Virus record (IMG/VR): IMGVR_UViG_3300023301_001182
Span: 28,164 to 92,163 of that record
Origin: a virus
Strand: one strand, 5' to 3'
DNA: 64,000 nt
A program made the position numbers and the translations under genes. Positions 41,878 through 53,070 of this stretch are shown piece by piece. The notes below the pieces were generated by a model that worked only from the letters and a program-made list of their open reading frames with translations, was not told the DNA's origin and made no database searches. How positions within the stretch are numbered: the first letter of the stretch is position 1; each line of letters opens with the position of its first letter.

Positions 41878-43069
41878 TTTTTACCATATTCGTTCATATT
41901 TTAATTTTGGTACAGACATATGGTTTCTTTTATACTTGATTATAGTATTAGTACATTCTTCTATATTATTATGTCTACATACATTAAATTTAAACCATTC
42001 TGATGTTAAATCCCCATACTTATTAAAATGTATAAATTTAGGTATAAAAAATAACTTTCTTGTTTTTACATAGTAATGGCCACTCTTTGTAGTATTTCTG
42101 TAGATGAAGAATCTTCTTCTAAAAATATTTAGAGTACGTATTCTAAATAATAATGTTCTTATTAATTCGTTCATTTTCTTACTCTATTTTTTAATATTCT
42201 TATGTAATTCTTCTCTTTAAACGTTGCTACTTTATAAAACTTTCTAAGCCCTTTATAATGTTCAACCATAATAACTTCTCCTTTAGGTGTTTTAAGTCGT
42301 TTAATACGACCAGTTAAATACTCACTACAAGGATGTGGTTTCTTATAATCTTCATATTTTGATAGTAGCACTAACATAATTATGAATGCTAATATTAAAA
42401 TTGGTGTCATATCTTTTTTATTATAGTTTTTCTTCGCTCAATTCTGTTATAAGTAACTTGTCTTTCAAAGAGACTGTAACCATCTGCTTGTTCATCAAAT
42501 ATCTCTTCAACAGATACTATTTCATCTACTGAATAACAATGATTGATTATTATAGCATATTCACCTATTGAGAATTTCATATTCTATGATTTTATGAAAT
42601 AGCTATATATAAAATAAAATATATATTATTTCTTTTGGTTCTTTTCTTTGTTGACTATTAAATAAAAAATATAAAAGCTTTGTTTATCTCACCCATTGTG
42701 TATTCCTGATCTACTAGAAGTCACCCTAGAATACTTTTTCCATAATATACTTATCTAGCAAGTATATTTTTTGTGATGCAGGTATAATTTAACCAGGTTA
42801 CCTCTTAATCTGGACTTTTATATTTTTGTATTAATAATAAGTTTTTCGGGTCTTTCAGGGATACTCTTACTTTAAATATGATATTGGGGTTATCCCTTAC
42901 ACATAGCCAATATCGTACAGAGCTTTACTACTTATTATTAAATACTTCTCTTTTTTAGTTAAAATAAAGCATTCTAAGACACAATATTATATGGTCTGGA
43001 TATCATATATCATTTACATATAATAATAGAGTCAGAATATCTTAAAATGCTTTAAAATTATATAGTTAG

Positions 43070-43210
43070 TTATATTTTATGCTTCAAAGTTTTAATTACT
43101 ACTTGTGGAACAGGGTTTTTAATATATCTGTTCTTAACTTGACCGCTTTTAGTGGTATATTGTCCAACTAAGATTTTAGCTGGCTCTGATGTAATATTTT
43201 GTAATCTCAT
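43070..43210 (-). CDS. Small 46-aa ORF not in the ORF track
   Basis: MRLQNITSEPAKILVGQYTTKSGQVKNRYIKNPVPQVVIKTLKHKI*, lying between two inverted-repeat modules. Confidence 0.45.
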   Translation of the reverse strand: MRLQNITSEPAKILVGQYTTKSGQVKNRYIKNPVPQVVIKTLKHKI

Positions 43211-43854
43211 TCTATCGTCTTTTATGTTTTTAGAAAGAGAATATGACCTTGGTACATGTCATGCCTCATATAATCCTTGATACTCTAACTAGTATGTTAG
43301 TATATAATTATATGTTATCATATTCTCTTTGTATATTTATAATTTAATATGTTATAATACCTATATAAAAACATAATAATGCTGATATAAAGTATATTAT
43401 AACTTTTAATACTGGTCTAGTTGTTGTATATGTATAATAACTCAAAATAATCATTAAATTATCCCAAACATTATACAAACATACAACACCTATTACTAAA
43501 AATAATACAGATAGTGCTCCCATTATTCTTATTTTTCAAAGTCAAAAGATCCTAAATCAAATGTAGGATCAGTTACTACTACTCCGTTAATTACTTGAAA
43601 ATGTGCTTTCATGATAATGCAAATCCTTTAGTAGTTGCAAACCTGCAATGACTATTTTTCATAGCCCTATATATTTTGTCAGTGCTTTTAAAGGTTTTAA
43701 CACCTTTATTACTTCTTGTTTTACCATAACTATGTCCTGTTGGAATAAGTTGTTGGTCTTTACGATTGAATAAATTCATTGCCATTCCTATGAATGCAAG
43801 TACTGCTAATTTAAAATAGTTTTTCATGATTGTAATTGTTTAATTAATTTAGGT

Positions 43855-43907
43855 TAATGTAAAAAGGGGAGTCGAACCCCTATTACTGTTACTCATACTT
43901 TACATTA
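43855..43907 (-). ncRNA. tRNA minihelix-like element
   Basis: UAAUGUAAA/UUUACAUUA stem with T arm GGGG-UUCGACU-CCCC, just downstream of the tmRNA. Confidence 0.5.
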
Positions 43908-43930
43908 CTCGTTTAGAGTATTGTTATTTG

Positions 43931-44309
43931 TGGACCTGCGCGGAGTCGAACCGCGGTATCCCAACATATTTCATAATAATTCTTATACAGCTTCACGTTT
44001 GTTTAAATTCTTTACGCTAGAGTAGGAACGATTGGATTACAATCGAATCTCCACCACTTGGTTTTTGTAGAACCTAGAAACTAGTGTTGCCTTTGTTTTT
44101 ATTGCTTAGGCTGCAAATGCTAACTCAACAGTTAACTCATCAGAACCTTGTTCTGCAGTTACTGTATTATTAAGTATAGAATGAACCACACTCATGTTAG
44201 CGACGATTTGATCTGTGTTGTTTCCATTTAAGAAAATTCACCTTAGTTTACAGTTATCTCTCTGGCTGTTCATTATTAATCTACATATCAAGGCATTCCA
44301 GTCAAGCCC
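43931..44309 (-). ncRNA. ssrA: tmRNA with predicted 39-aa tag (44225..44106)
   Basis: 5' GGGCUUG pairs with 3' CAGGUCC-A and includes the G3-U70 alanine determinant. T arm CGCGG-UUCGACU-CCGCG. Internal frame ends ...ELAFAA*. Confidence 0.9.
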
Positions 44310-45310
44310 ATATTGTTTAAGATATAATTAATAATCCTACTATACAGTTAATAACAATCCAAAAGGCAGCTATTATCCATAAATAAATAGGATCAGTATT
44401 AAATTTTTTTTCAAGTATATTATAAATAGTTACTATAGGTATGAATATATATAGTATAGTAATTATTATTATAATAATTGTTATAAACATAAATTTTAAT
44501 TCATTCATAATATTTGGTTTAATTAGTTAAATTAAAAACACTTATTATTTATTACAATTTCAAAGGACTAGTTTAGCGGAGTGTGTATCCTTTTTGCTCT
44601 AGTAGTAATATAGTTATAATAAGTGTTTTATGATAAAAAACTCTTTGTCCTATCAGGGAATATAAATATACAGTGGTCCTGTTATTATGTTCCTGTACTT
44701 ATATCTTTAAATAAACATCACTGCTGATACAGTTTTATAATAATACTACTACCCTTATATCCACTGTAGTAAACCTAATTTTAAGGCGGGATTATGTGTG
44801 TTTTTATTTTGTTTATCTTTAAGCAAAGAGTTAGTCTATTTAATGTTATCAAGTGGGTAAGCATCTAAAATTGAAGATTTACTTACTGTAATTGTAACAT
44901 CTCCATCATCGTAGTTATCTATAAAACTAAGTGTTTCATTAGTGTTATTTTCTGAAACTCTCATTTTACTGTTTAGAAATGCTTGATCTAATGCTTTTGT
45001 TACATGAAGTTTAGCAAGCTCGGTAGCTACATTGATTACCAATAATTGTAATCCTTCAGGTGTTAAAGGCGAAGAAAAATTTTTAGCCTCTTCTATTAGT
45101 AGTTGTTCTACTGTCGGTATCATAATTAAATTTTTATGTTGTATTGTTATAATATAAATAGCTGCAGTCATGATTTGCTATTTAACCCTACTACACACAA
45201 TTAAGTCCGTAAGGCACTATTTATATTAATATTATATAAAAAAAGAGAACTTTACTCAATATAAAAATACTTCAGTTTAATATACCTTTAAAGCTCTCTC
45301 TTTTGCATTC

Positions 45311-45466
45311 TAAACTTTCACAAGGTCGCACCCTGTTATTTTTAGTGCGTATAAAGATAATCAGATGGTATCTAATAATATATCTATAATAAATTATAAA
45401 TATAGTATATCAACAATGGATTATATATTTATGTACACTAATCACCTGCAATTAGATAAAAGTTTA
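45311..45466 (-). ncRNA. Structured RNA, copy 1 of a two-member tRNA-like family
   Basis: UAAACUUUUA/UGAAAGUUUA terminal stem; 5' UCUAAUUGCAGG; 3' hairpin CAGGG-UGCGA-CCUUG. Confidence 0.55.
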
Positions 45467-46148
45467 CATCTTTATAATTGTATTGTAATCTTTGTACCTT
45501 TAGGATATATACTTTTTAATAGATATACAGCCTTTATATATTTTCTATAAGCTAATTCATCTTCTAATAATACTTTCCAAGTTCTATTAGTTATTTGTCT
45601 ATATGGACCAAAACACTTAGATACCATTGTTAATGAATTCTTTAAATGCTTATCATCCATATCTTTTACAAGTAAATTATCTAACCATAATAGAGACTTT
45701 CTAATCTCTATATATGTTGTAGCTTTCTTTACTTCGTTACATTCTGTTGTAACAATAATTAACCCAAATTTACAGGTTAATTCAACTTCTTCTTTTACTA
45801 TTTCTATAGTATGATATAAACCTTTTATAATATTTATTTTCATGTGATTGTGATTTAAGTTATTTAATTATTATTTTATGTTATATTACACCCCTCTAAT
45901 ATATAATCAAGAGTAATATTTTTACCACCATCAGTTGTTGAAGGTGTTATAAATTTAACAGCCCATCCCTCATTAAGATACTTGTTTAATTTATCTATAA
46001 CTCGTTCAGTATTAGATCATTCATGAGGATATATTCTAATCATTATTTGTTTTTTCATAATTTTAAATGTTTAATTATATATGTAAAACTAAAAAGGTGC
46101 TGTTGTCACACCCTTAATATATTTAGATTTCATAGTCTTATATTTTAT

Positions 46149-46325
46149 TAAAATTCTCACAAGGTTGCACCTTGAATATAATTTTCAGATTAGTGGTCTT
46201 AATAATTATACCTTCTCATGGTTTTTGGGTATAGTCACATACTAAAGAACTACCAATAGTAATTAGCTAACTTCCAACCCTCACATGTTACTAATTATCA
46301 TCCCTGCAATTGGATGAGAGTTTTA
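46149..46325 (-). ncRNA. Structured RNA, copy 2 of a two-member tRNA-like family
   Basis: UAAAACUCUCA/UGAGAAUUUUA terminal stem; 5' UCCAAUUGCAGG; 3' hairpin CAAGG-UGCAA-CCUUG. Confidence 0.55.
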
Positions 46326-47198
46326 TTATTTAATTGGTTTAAACCAATTTGCTGGTAATGATTTAGTATAAGAGTGTGTTGATTTAATTTCTTCTAACTC
46401 TAATAATACAGATGGACAACCTCCTCCAAAATAATGTATATCTTTAATAGTATATATTTTATTAGGTTTAAGTGTTACAAATGTATGTTCTTTTTTATTA
46501 TAATAACAATTACAAGGTGCACTACAAGGATTATAATGTAGTTTAATTTTATCACCTATACTATAACTTTTATGTTCAAAGTTATTATGTAGTTGATTAT
46601 CTATGTCCCTATACTCATCTAAGTTTTCCTTTGTTGGATTATTTATTTGATATAGTCTTTTTAAATCTGATCGTATCATAATATTTTATTTATATTGTTA
46701 AACCTGACATATTAAATCTTATTAGAAGTTTTATCGCATAACCTTATTCTCTTCTTATTTTATTTACTTAACTTTAGGCTTTTATTTACTCTTCCTAAAG
46801 ACGTATAACTGTTATTTTATAAGTAAGTTTATTTGTTCTAATATGTTTCGTCTTAGCCTAATCATAGGTTATATGTTTATAGTCTTCTAAGATGACTTAA
46901 TTGTAATAGCTATAGTATTAATTGATTAGTTAGTTTTAAAGGGAAATATATAAGTGAAAAGGTTGATTAGTAGCTCTAACTACATTCACAACCCTTCACT
47001 TATGTACCACAATCACGTATTAGCACAATAGTCAGTGTACTTATAAGTTAATTGTGTTGTTGACTACTCGTCTAATAAGATTATACCTGAGCAAGTGTAG
47101 CTCCTATAAGTATAGTCTAAGATATAGACAGTTTAAGTGTAGTCTTGTTTAGTGATGTATATGTTGCATATGTTATGTCAAGATAATATCACTACGTT

Positions 47199-47227
47199 AA
47201 AAAAAGAACAGTCTGTTAAGACTGTCC
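47199..47227 (-). terminator. Intrinsic terminator after the first leftward gene
   Basis: GGACAGUC-UUAACA-GACUGUUC followed by U7 on the minus strand. Confidence 0.75.
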
Positions 47228-47234
47228 TGTACTA

Positions 47235-47666
47235 TTACACTGATTCCTTAACCTCTGTTTGGTCAACTTTGGTAACAATCTCTTCAGCATCCCAACTACC
47301 TAATGCTTCTAATATTGCTTTATGGTCTGTTGGTAATCCTTGTAAGTGAGACATACGTGCAAATACTACCTTTTCACCTGGATTAGTAGTACTCTCAACT
47401 CTACTCAATGTAGATAGGTACGATTCACCAGTGTTAAAGGTTTGTCCACTCTCTTCCATACGAGTTAGTGTAGCCTTAGCAATGGAAACTGTTATGGGTA
47501 ACTTTACACCATTGTCCTCCATTTCAGCGTTGGCAATCTTATAGAACTTCTTAGTTCCCTCAGCATTTGTATACTCAAGCCACTTATCACTTGGTATTGC
47601 TTTTAGCGTCAATCCGCCGATTTTCTCAATTAATCCTGTAAAAGGATTTAGTTTATTTACAAACAT
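47235..47666 (-). CDS. First gene of the leftward arm, hypothetical (likely start MFVNKLNPF)
   Basis: Uses more C/G-ending codons than its neighbours and has its own terminator. Confidence 0.65.
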   Translation of the reverse strand: MFVNKLNPFTGLIEKIGGLTLKAIPSDKWLEYTNAEGTKKFYKIANAEMEDNGVKLPITVSIAKATLTRMEESGQTFNTGESYLSTLSRVESTTNPGEKVVFARMSHLQGLPTDHKAILEALGSWDAEEIVTKVDQTEVKESV

Positions 47667-47793
47667 ATGATTGGTTTTAAAGCAAAGCACCATAGGGGTA
47701 CCCGCAAAATTAAAAAAGAGTGGGGGATGAATTTTATAATAGATCACTCACCCATTAATAAAAAAAATATTTTTTAAAAAAAGTAGTAAAAAA

Positions 47794-47825
47794 TTAGGAT
47801 ATATGGATTATTTATTGTATCTTTG
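47794..47825 (+). promoter_or_regulatory. Bacteroidota-type promoter starting the rightward arm
   Basis: TTAGGA then TATCTTTG, 24 nt start-to-start. Confidence 0.7.
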
Positions 47826-49038
47826 CATAAATATTAAAATATATGAAATTAGATTTTCAAGAATTTGGTAAACATGCTATGAGTAAAAGTATGCATATAG
47901 CTATAGAGCATTTATTTAGAAATGGAGAGATATCAGTATCTGAATACACCTTATATATATTAGATGAAACAAATACCTATAGACCTAAATTAATTAAAGA
48001 TGAATAAAAAAACAGAAGAAGTTATTATAGAAAAGTATAACATTTTAGATATTGTATTAGTAGAAGAATATCTTCGTAAAATAGTAGAGGATGTATTTAA
48101 AGATTATAAAGATCCTACTGAACATATGACTATTGGACAGAAGAAACTATTTGATAAAGCATTTAAGAAATTAGTTAAAGAACAATATGATAAAAAATAA
48201 TGGAAGAATTACAAGAAATACCCTTAGAGATATTTAAACCTATCACAATTAAGATAAGACTTAATGGTTGGGCTAATAGAGGAGATGGTAAGTATGTTAT
48301 ATCATGGTTTGATAATACATTAAAGGTATTAGATTATGATGTTTTACAATACTATGAATATGATTTTAACTTGGCTTTACAACAAGTAGCTGAGATATAT
48401 AAACGTAATCAGAAGAGTATAAAAAGTATTAAATTAAGTACAATATAAGCAATTAGCTATATTATATTAACAATTTTGCACCGTAGGCAGTTGACAGGGA
48501 ATTTCGCTACACTATGGACACTGAGAGGGGAGTAGTGACCCCTCTTACCTAAAACTAAAAAGATATGAATGAAGTAACATTAGTAGGTTGGAAAAACCTA
48601 GCAATACAAAGAATTGATCTAAGATATCCTAAAATAGATTTAATGGTATACCCACCAAATTCAATTGGAGGAATTGGAACTATAATGTTAACTACACTTA
48701 TCCATAATAAAGATAAGTCTAGATTAGTATTAATAGATGATACTTTTAAATATAATACAAGTACAGATATATGGGATATATTAGATAAATTTAAACAAAG
48801 ATTTATAAGTAGATGTGAATTAAATAAAGAGAGTTATATATTTAATAAAGAGACAAGTGTATATGAGCCTTATGGAAGATAATAATTGGGAAGATCAGAG
48901 GTCATCTATGTTTGATGCATGGAGAAGAAAAGAGGATATAAAACAAAAAAATTGTAATCATCAATGGAATACAGTTGAACCTATTTACTGTTTAAAATGC
49001 TCATTTAAAAAAATAAATGTAAAATAAATACGATTTTA

Positions 49039-49070
49039 TTAGGAATTGTCATTTTTATTTCGTACCTTTG
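49039..49070 (+). promoter_or_regulatory. Bacteroidota-type promoter
   Basis: TTAGGA then TACCTTTG, 24 nt start-to-start. Confidence 0.7.
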
Positions 49071-51508
49071 CATAAGTTTACAAAATAGCAACAAAGAAAG
49101 TAACAAAGAAATATAGTTATAATGAAAGAAACAAGAGATTTAACAGAAGAAGAGATTGAGCATGTAGGGATGTTTTTAGAGTATACTAAGAATGTAGCAT
49201 CTATTGCAATGAAAGCTCCAGTAAGAGTATCACATTCTTTAGGAGATTTAACAATACATTTTTATATTGAAATCAATAGTCCACTAAACAATAAGTAATG
49301 ACAAACGAAGAAGATGCAGTATTTAATAAGTATTTAACAATTAAACAAGATCTTATTAATAATCTTGATGAAGTATTCAATAAACAACATACATACACTC
49401 ACAAGTACAGAGGTAATCTTATAACAGATATAAACGTATCACTTGATTATGGAGCTAATAACGAAAAGATTATACAGATATTTGTAAGGAATAACAATAA
49501 ATGGATTAGAGATAGATTATCAATATTTGGAGGAAGAATTTATGATAGTGAAATTAAAACAAACATATTATACAATGAGTAGAAAGGAAGAATTATTACA
49601 AGACCACGTTTATATAGTAGGTGGTAAAGTACAGGAGAACGTAGATGCACCAAACGGAATAGTATTTAAAGATGAAATTGAATCAATGCAACAAGAGTTG
49701 TTAACATTTACAATGGAACATTTAATATCTACTCTAATAGATGTAGAGAAAACGTATCCAAAAGAAGATACAATGAATATTAAATTAACTACAGACTTTG
49801 TAGTTATGAGAAGAGAAGATTTTGATGAGTTGTATAGAGAAGATGATATTAATAAATATCCAGAAACATTAACTAATTGTGACTCACAAGACAATGAGTA
49901 ATTTCATGACAAAGGGGAGTCGTAAAGCAGAAGTAGCTGAGAGAAGACAAGTTAAACACCATATCAAGTATATGTACAAGATTATGGATGAGATTAAATT
50001 GATAGCTAAGGATATTCATAAATCAGGAGTAGAGTGGACTGAAGATAATATAGAGGATGTAGCATCAGAGTTTACAGAATTAAAGATTGCTGATATGGAG
50101 AAGTTTCTACTATTAGGTAACCTACAAATGTTGAAAGATGAAAAATAAATTTTATTTAAATGGTATACCAGTTTATAGGATTATACTAGAAGATAATAAG
50201 AGAAAATATAGATTGTATGAAGATGTTGATACAGGCTCTATATTAATAACATCAGGTAAAAATTCTGAAATAATGGATTGGCAGCTTGTATTAGAAGTTA
50301 TACAGTCTGATTTTAGTAAATCAGTTAAATCTTTATCTAAAGTTAATGAATCATTAGAAATTATAGTATAATGAAATTAAATCAGATAACGATAAGTAAT
50401 GTTAAATCCTTTATAGAGGGGTACTCAAAAGAGTTTTATAATAGATTAATAGGATTACCTATTCATATACAAGAGCAGGTATCTTATAGGCACTTAAAAT
50501 GTAAAGATGATTGTATACCTCAAGAAGGTTGTATTCATTGTGGATGTGATCCAATAGGTAAACATTTTACAAACAAATCATGTAATGGTGGAGAGAGATT
50601 TCCAGATTTGATGAATAATGAAGAATGGGAAGAATTTAAAAAGACTTTAGATGAAAATGAATTACATTAGAAAAGAAGCAAACCTAACCTCTCTATTAAA
50701 TGAAATAGAAACTTTTGAAGAAGGTATGGTTAAATTTATTGACAAACATCCTAATTATAAATATAATCTAAAGTTAGAGCGAAGTGAGCTAGAAAGCGAA
50801 TGGGTAGTCAATGTAAATATAGAGAAAGATGAACCAGAAAATATTACTATTACTTAACCAACTACTAGAACATGTGACTTATTATAATAAGCTATCACCT
50901 TTTCCAGTATTCGATACAGAGTATGTAAACGATATAAAATTAAAAATAGATAAGATGAATACTAATAAAATAAACTATGATGAACTGCCAGTAGTTGCGT
51001 GTAATCATTGTATGAGTTTATGGATAGAAAATGATGAGCTTGAAAATGATGTCTGCATGAGATGTGGAGCAGTTAACGATATAGCAATATTCAATGATAT
51101 AGACCATTATTTAAACGTAAAAGATGCCAAGCAAAACGCAGAAGACTAAAGAAGCAAATGCTAATATATACATTAAAGATTTATTCTTTAGGTGGTTAGA
51201 GATTACAAGTTTCTTACATGGCTTAACTAAGCAACAGAAGCATGTATTAAGTCTTTTCTTATACCATCATTATAAGTTAAAGCAAGAGATTTCCAATAAT
51301 AGATTACTATGGAAGTTAGTCTTTGATTATGATATTAAGCATCAAATAAAGGAAGAACTGAAAATAAAAGATTCAGTACTCCAGAACATACTTTCTAAAT
51401 TCAGGAAACTGGGGATTATTACAGACAATGTTATATCCCCTGTTTTCATACCAGATTTAGAAAAAGAAACAACTAACTTTAAAATAATATTTAACTTTAA
51501 CATTATAC

Positions 51509-51790
51509 ATGATTAACATTGATAAAAATAAAGTAGATATATTGATACATAAGTTTGGATTAAAATATCACATGTCAGATAAGGATATAAAAAGATTAGT
51601 AGAATCACCATATGAATTTACATATGAAGAAATAAGGAAGTTGGACTTAACTACTGTGAGTACAGAAGAACAACTAAAAAGTTTAAAGACTAACTTCCTT
51701 TATAAATCATTTGGAAAGATATATGTAAGTTTTACAGAAATAGAAAGAAATATTAAGCAGATTAAAGCAAGAAGTAAATGGAAGAAATAA
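51509..51790 (+). CDS. HU/IHF-like DNA-binding protein (putative)
   Basis: Helical N-terminus followed by NFLYKSFGKIYV; position matches the IHF-like gene upstream of TerL in crAss-like phages. Confidence 0.5.
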   Translation: MINIDKNKVDILIHKFGLKYHMSDKDIKRLVESPYEFTYEEIRKLDLTTVSTEEQLKSLKTNFLYKSFGKIYVSFTEIERNIKQIKARSKWKK

Positions 51791-52140
51791 CAAATTTAAC
51801 ACAGGATGATGTATTAGGTCTTATAACAGACTTTCCAGTACAGCCTAGACATAGTAAAGTAATTATTACTATCAACACAGAAGATGTGGATGGTGAATTA
51901 GTACTAGAGAGTAATTCATTCTCAGAAGTACAATATGTAATGGCTAGTGGACCACATTGTCTTGATCTTAAACCAGGTCAGAAAGTAATACTAGATATTG
52001 AGAAGATGTTAGTATATGAGCAATCAGAAACTAACTCTTATGAGAAGATTAGTAGAATTAAGATTAAACCAGTAGAGGTTGACGGGAAAATGTATGCCCT
52101 AGTAAATGATACAGTAATTGATTCAATAGATAATAGATAA
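51778..52140 (+). CDS. groES: GroES-like co-chaperonin
   Basis: VQPRHSKVII, VMASGP...LKPGQKVIL, VEVDGKMYALVNDTVI. Confidence 0.65.
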   Translation: MEEITNLTQDDVLGLITDFPVQPRHSKVIITINTEDVDGELVLESNSFSEVQYVMASGPHCLDLKPGQKVILDIEKMLVYEQSETNSYEKISRIKIKPVEVDGKMYALVNDTVIDSIDNR

Positions 52141-52509
52141 TGGAAATATTAGAAAATATTTATATAGATTGGTGTGGTCCATACGTAGGAGTTTTATTAG
52201 GCTTTGAATATGAACCATTAATTATAGTAAAAAATGAGGATACAGGAGAAATATTAAACTTCAAAATATTTTCATTAGGGTTTTTACTTTTTAGAATAGA
52301 TTTATTAATAAAAATAGAAGAAGAATAATTATGAACACAGAACAAGCATTACAAGTATTAAAACAAGCTATTGATTTAGCTGTAGGAGCAGGATCATTTA
52401 AATCTGCTCAGGATGTATCAACTATTGCTATGGCAATGGAAACGGTACTAAAAGAATTTCAAGGATCTGCAGAATTGGTTAATAAAGAACCACAGTCTAA
52501 AAAGAAATA

Positions 52510-53070
52510 ATGAAATTATTTGAAATGAAAAATTGGCAGTTAACAATCTCCTCAGAAGTGTGGGGATTGTCTGCGTTTAAGACACTTTTAGATAGAGATA
52601 AATCTAAAGGTAAAACACGAGCTAATGCTGAGATGTTATTTGTATTCTATTACTGTGATATTAAATCTGATTATTTAACAATAGCAGATAATTTAAGGAC
52701 AGAAGAACTTATACATGATATACCAGACTTAGATGATAAATGGGTTATAGATGAAGCAATGCAAGATGCTATTGATTTATATAAAAGGATAAGTCAAACT
52801 GTTATTGGAAAGCTTTATAAACAATCATTACAATCAGCAACAGATGTAGGTAACTACTTAGAAAATACTGCTGAATTATTAAACGAAAGAGATAATCAAG
52901 GTAAACCTATTACTAAGATTGCGGATATAACTAGAGGCCTAAAGGATGTTAAGTTTATTATGCGTGACCTAAAGGCCGCTGAGAAAGAACTTATTAAAGA
53001 ACAGGAAGATAATGAAAACAAGAAAAGTGGGTCAAGAGCCTTTAATCAATTTGAAGACGGTTTCCACTAA
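52510..53070 (+). CDS. Hypothetical protein upstream of TerL, possible terminase small subunit
   Basis: Helical 186-aa protein with FKTLLDRDKSKGK. The function is inferred from position only. Confidence 0.5.
   Translation: MKLFEMKNWQLTISSEVWGLSAFKTLLDRDKSKGKTRANAEMLFVFYYCDIKSDYLTIADNLRTEELIHDIPDLDDKWVIDEAMQDAIDLYKRISQTVIGKLYKQSLQSATDVGNYLENTAELLNERDNQGKPITKIADITRGLKDVKFIMRDLKAAEKELIKEQEDNENKKSGSRAFNQFEDGFH

Noticed and set aside
42600-47200. CRISPR mini-array or MITE family
   Set aside because: No direct repeats with regular spacers, and the terminal inverted repeats differ in sequence between modules.
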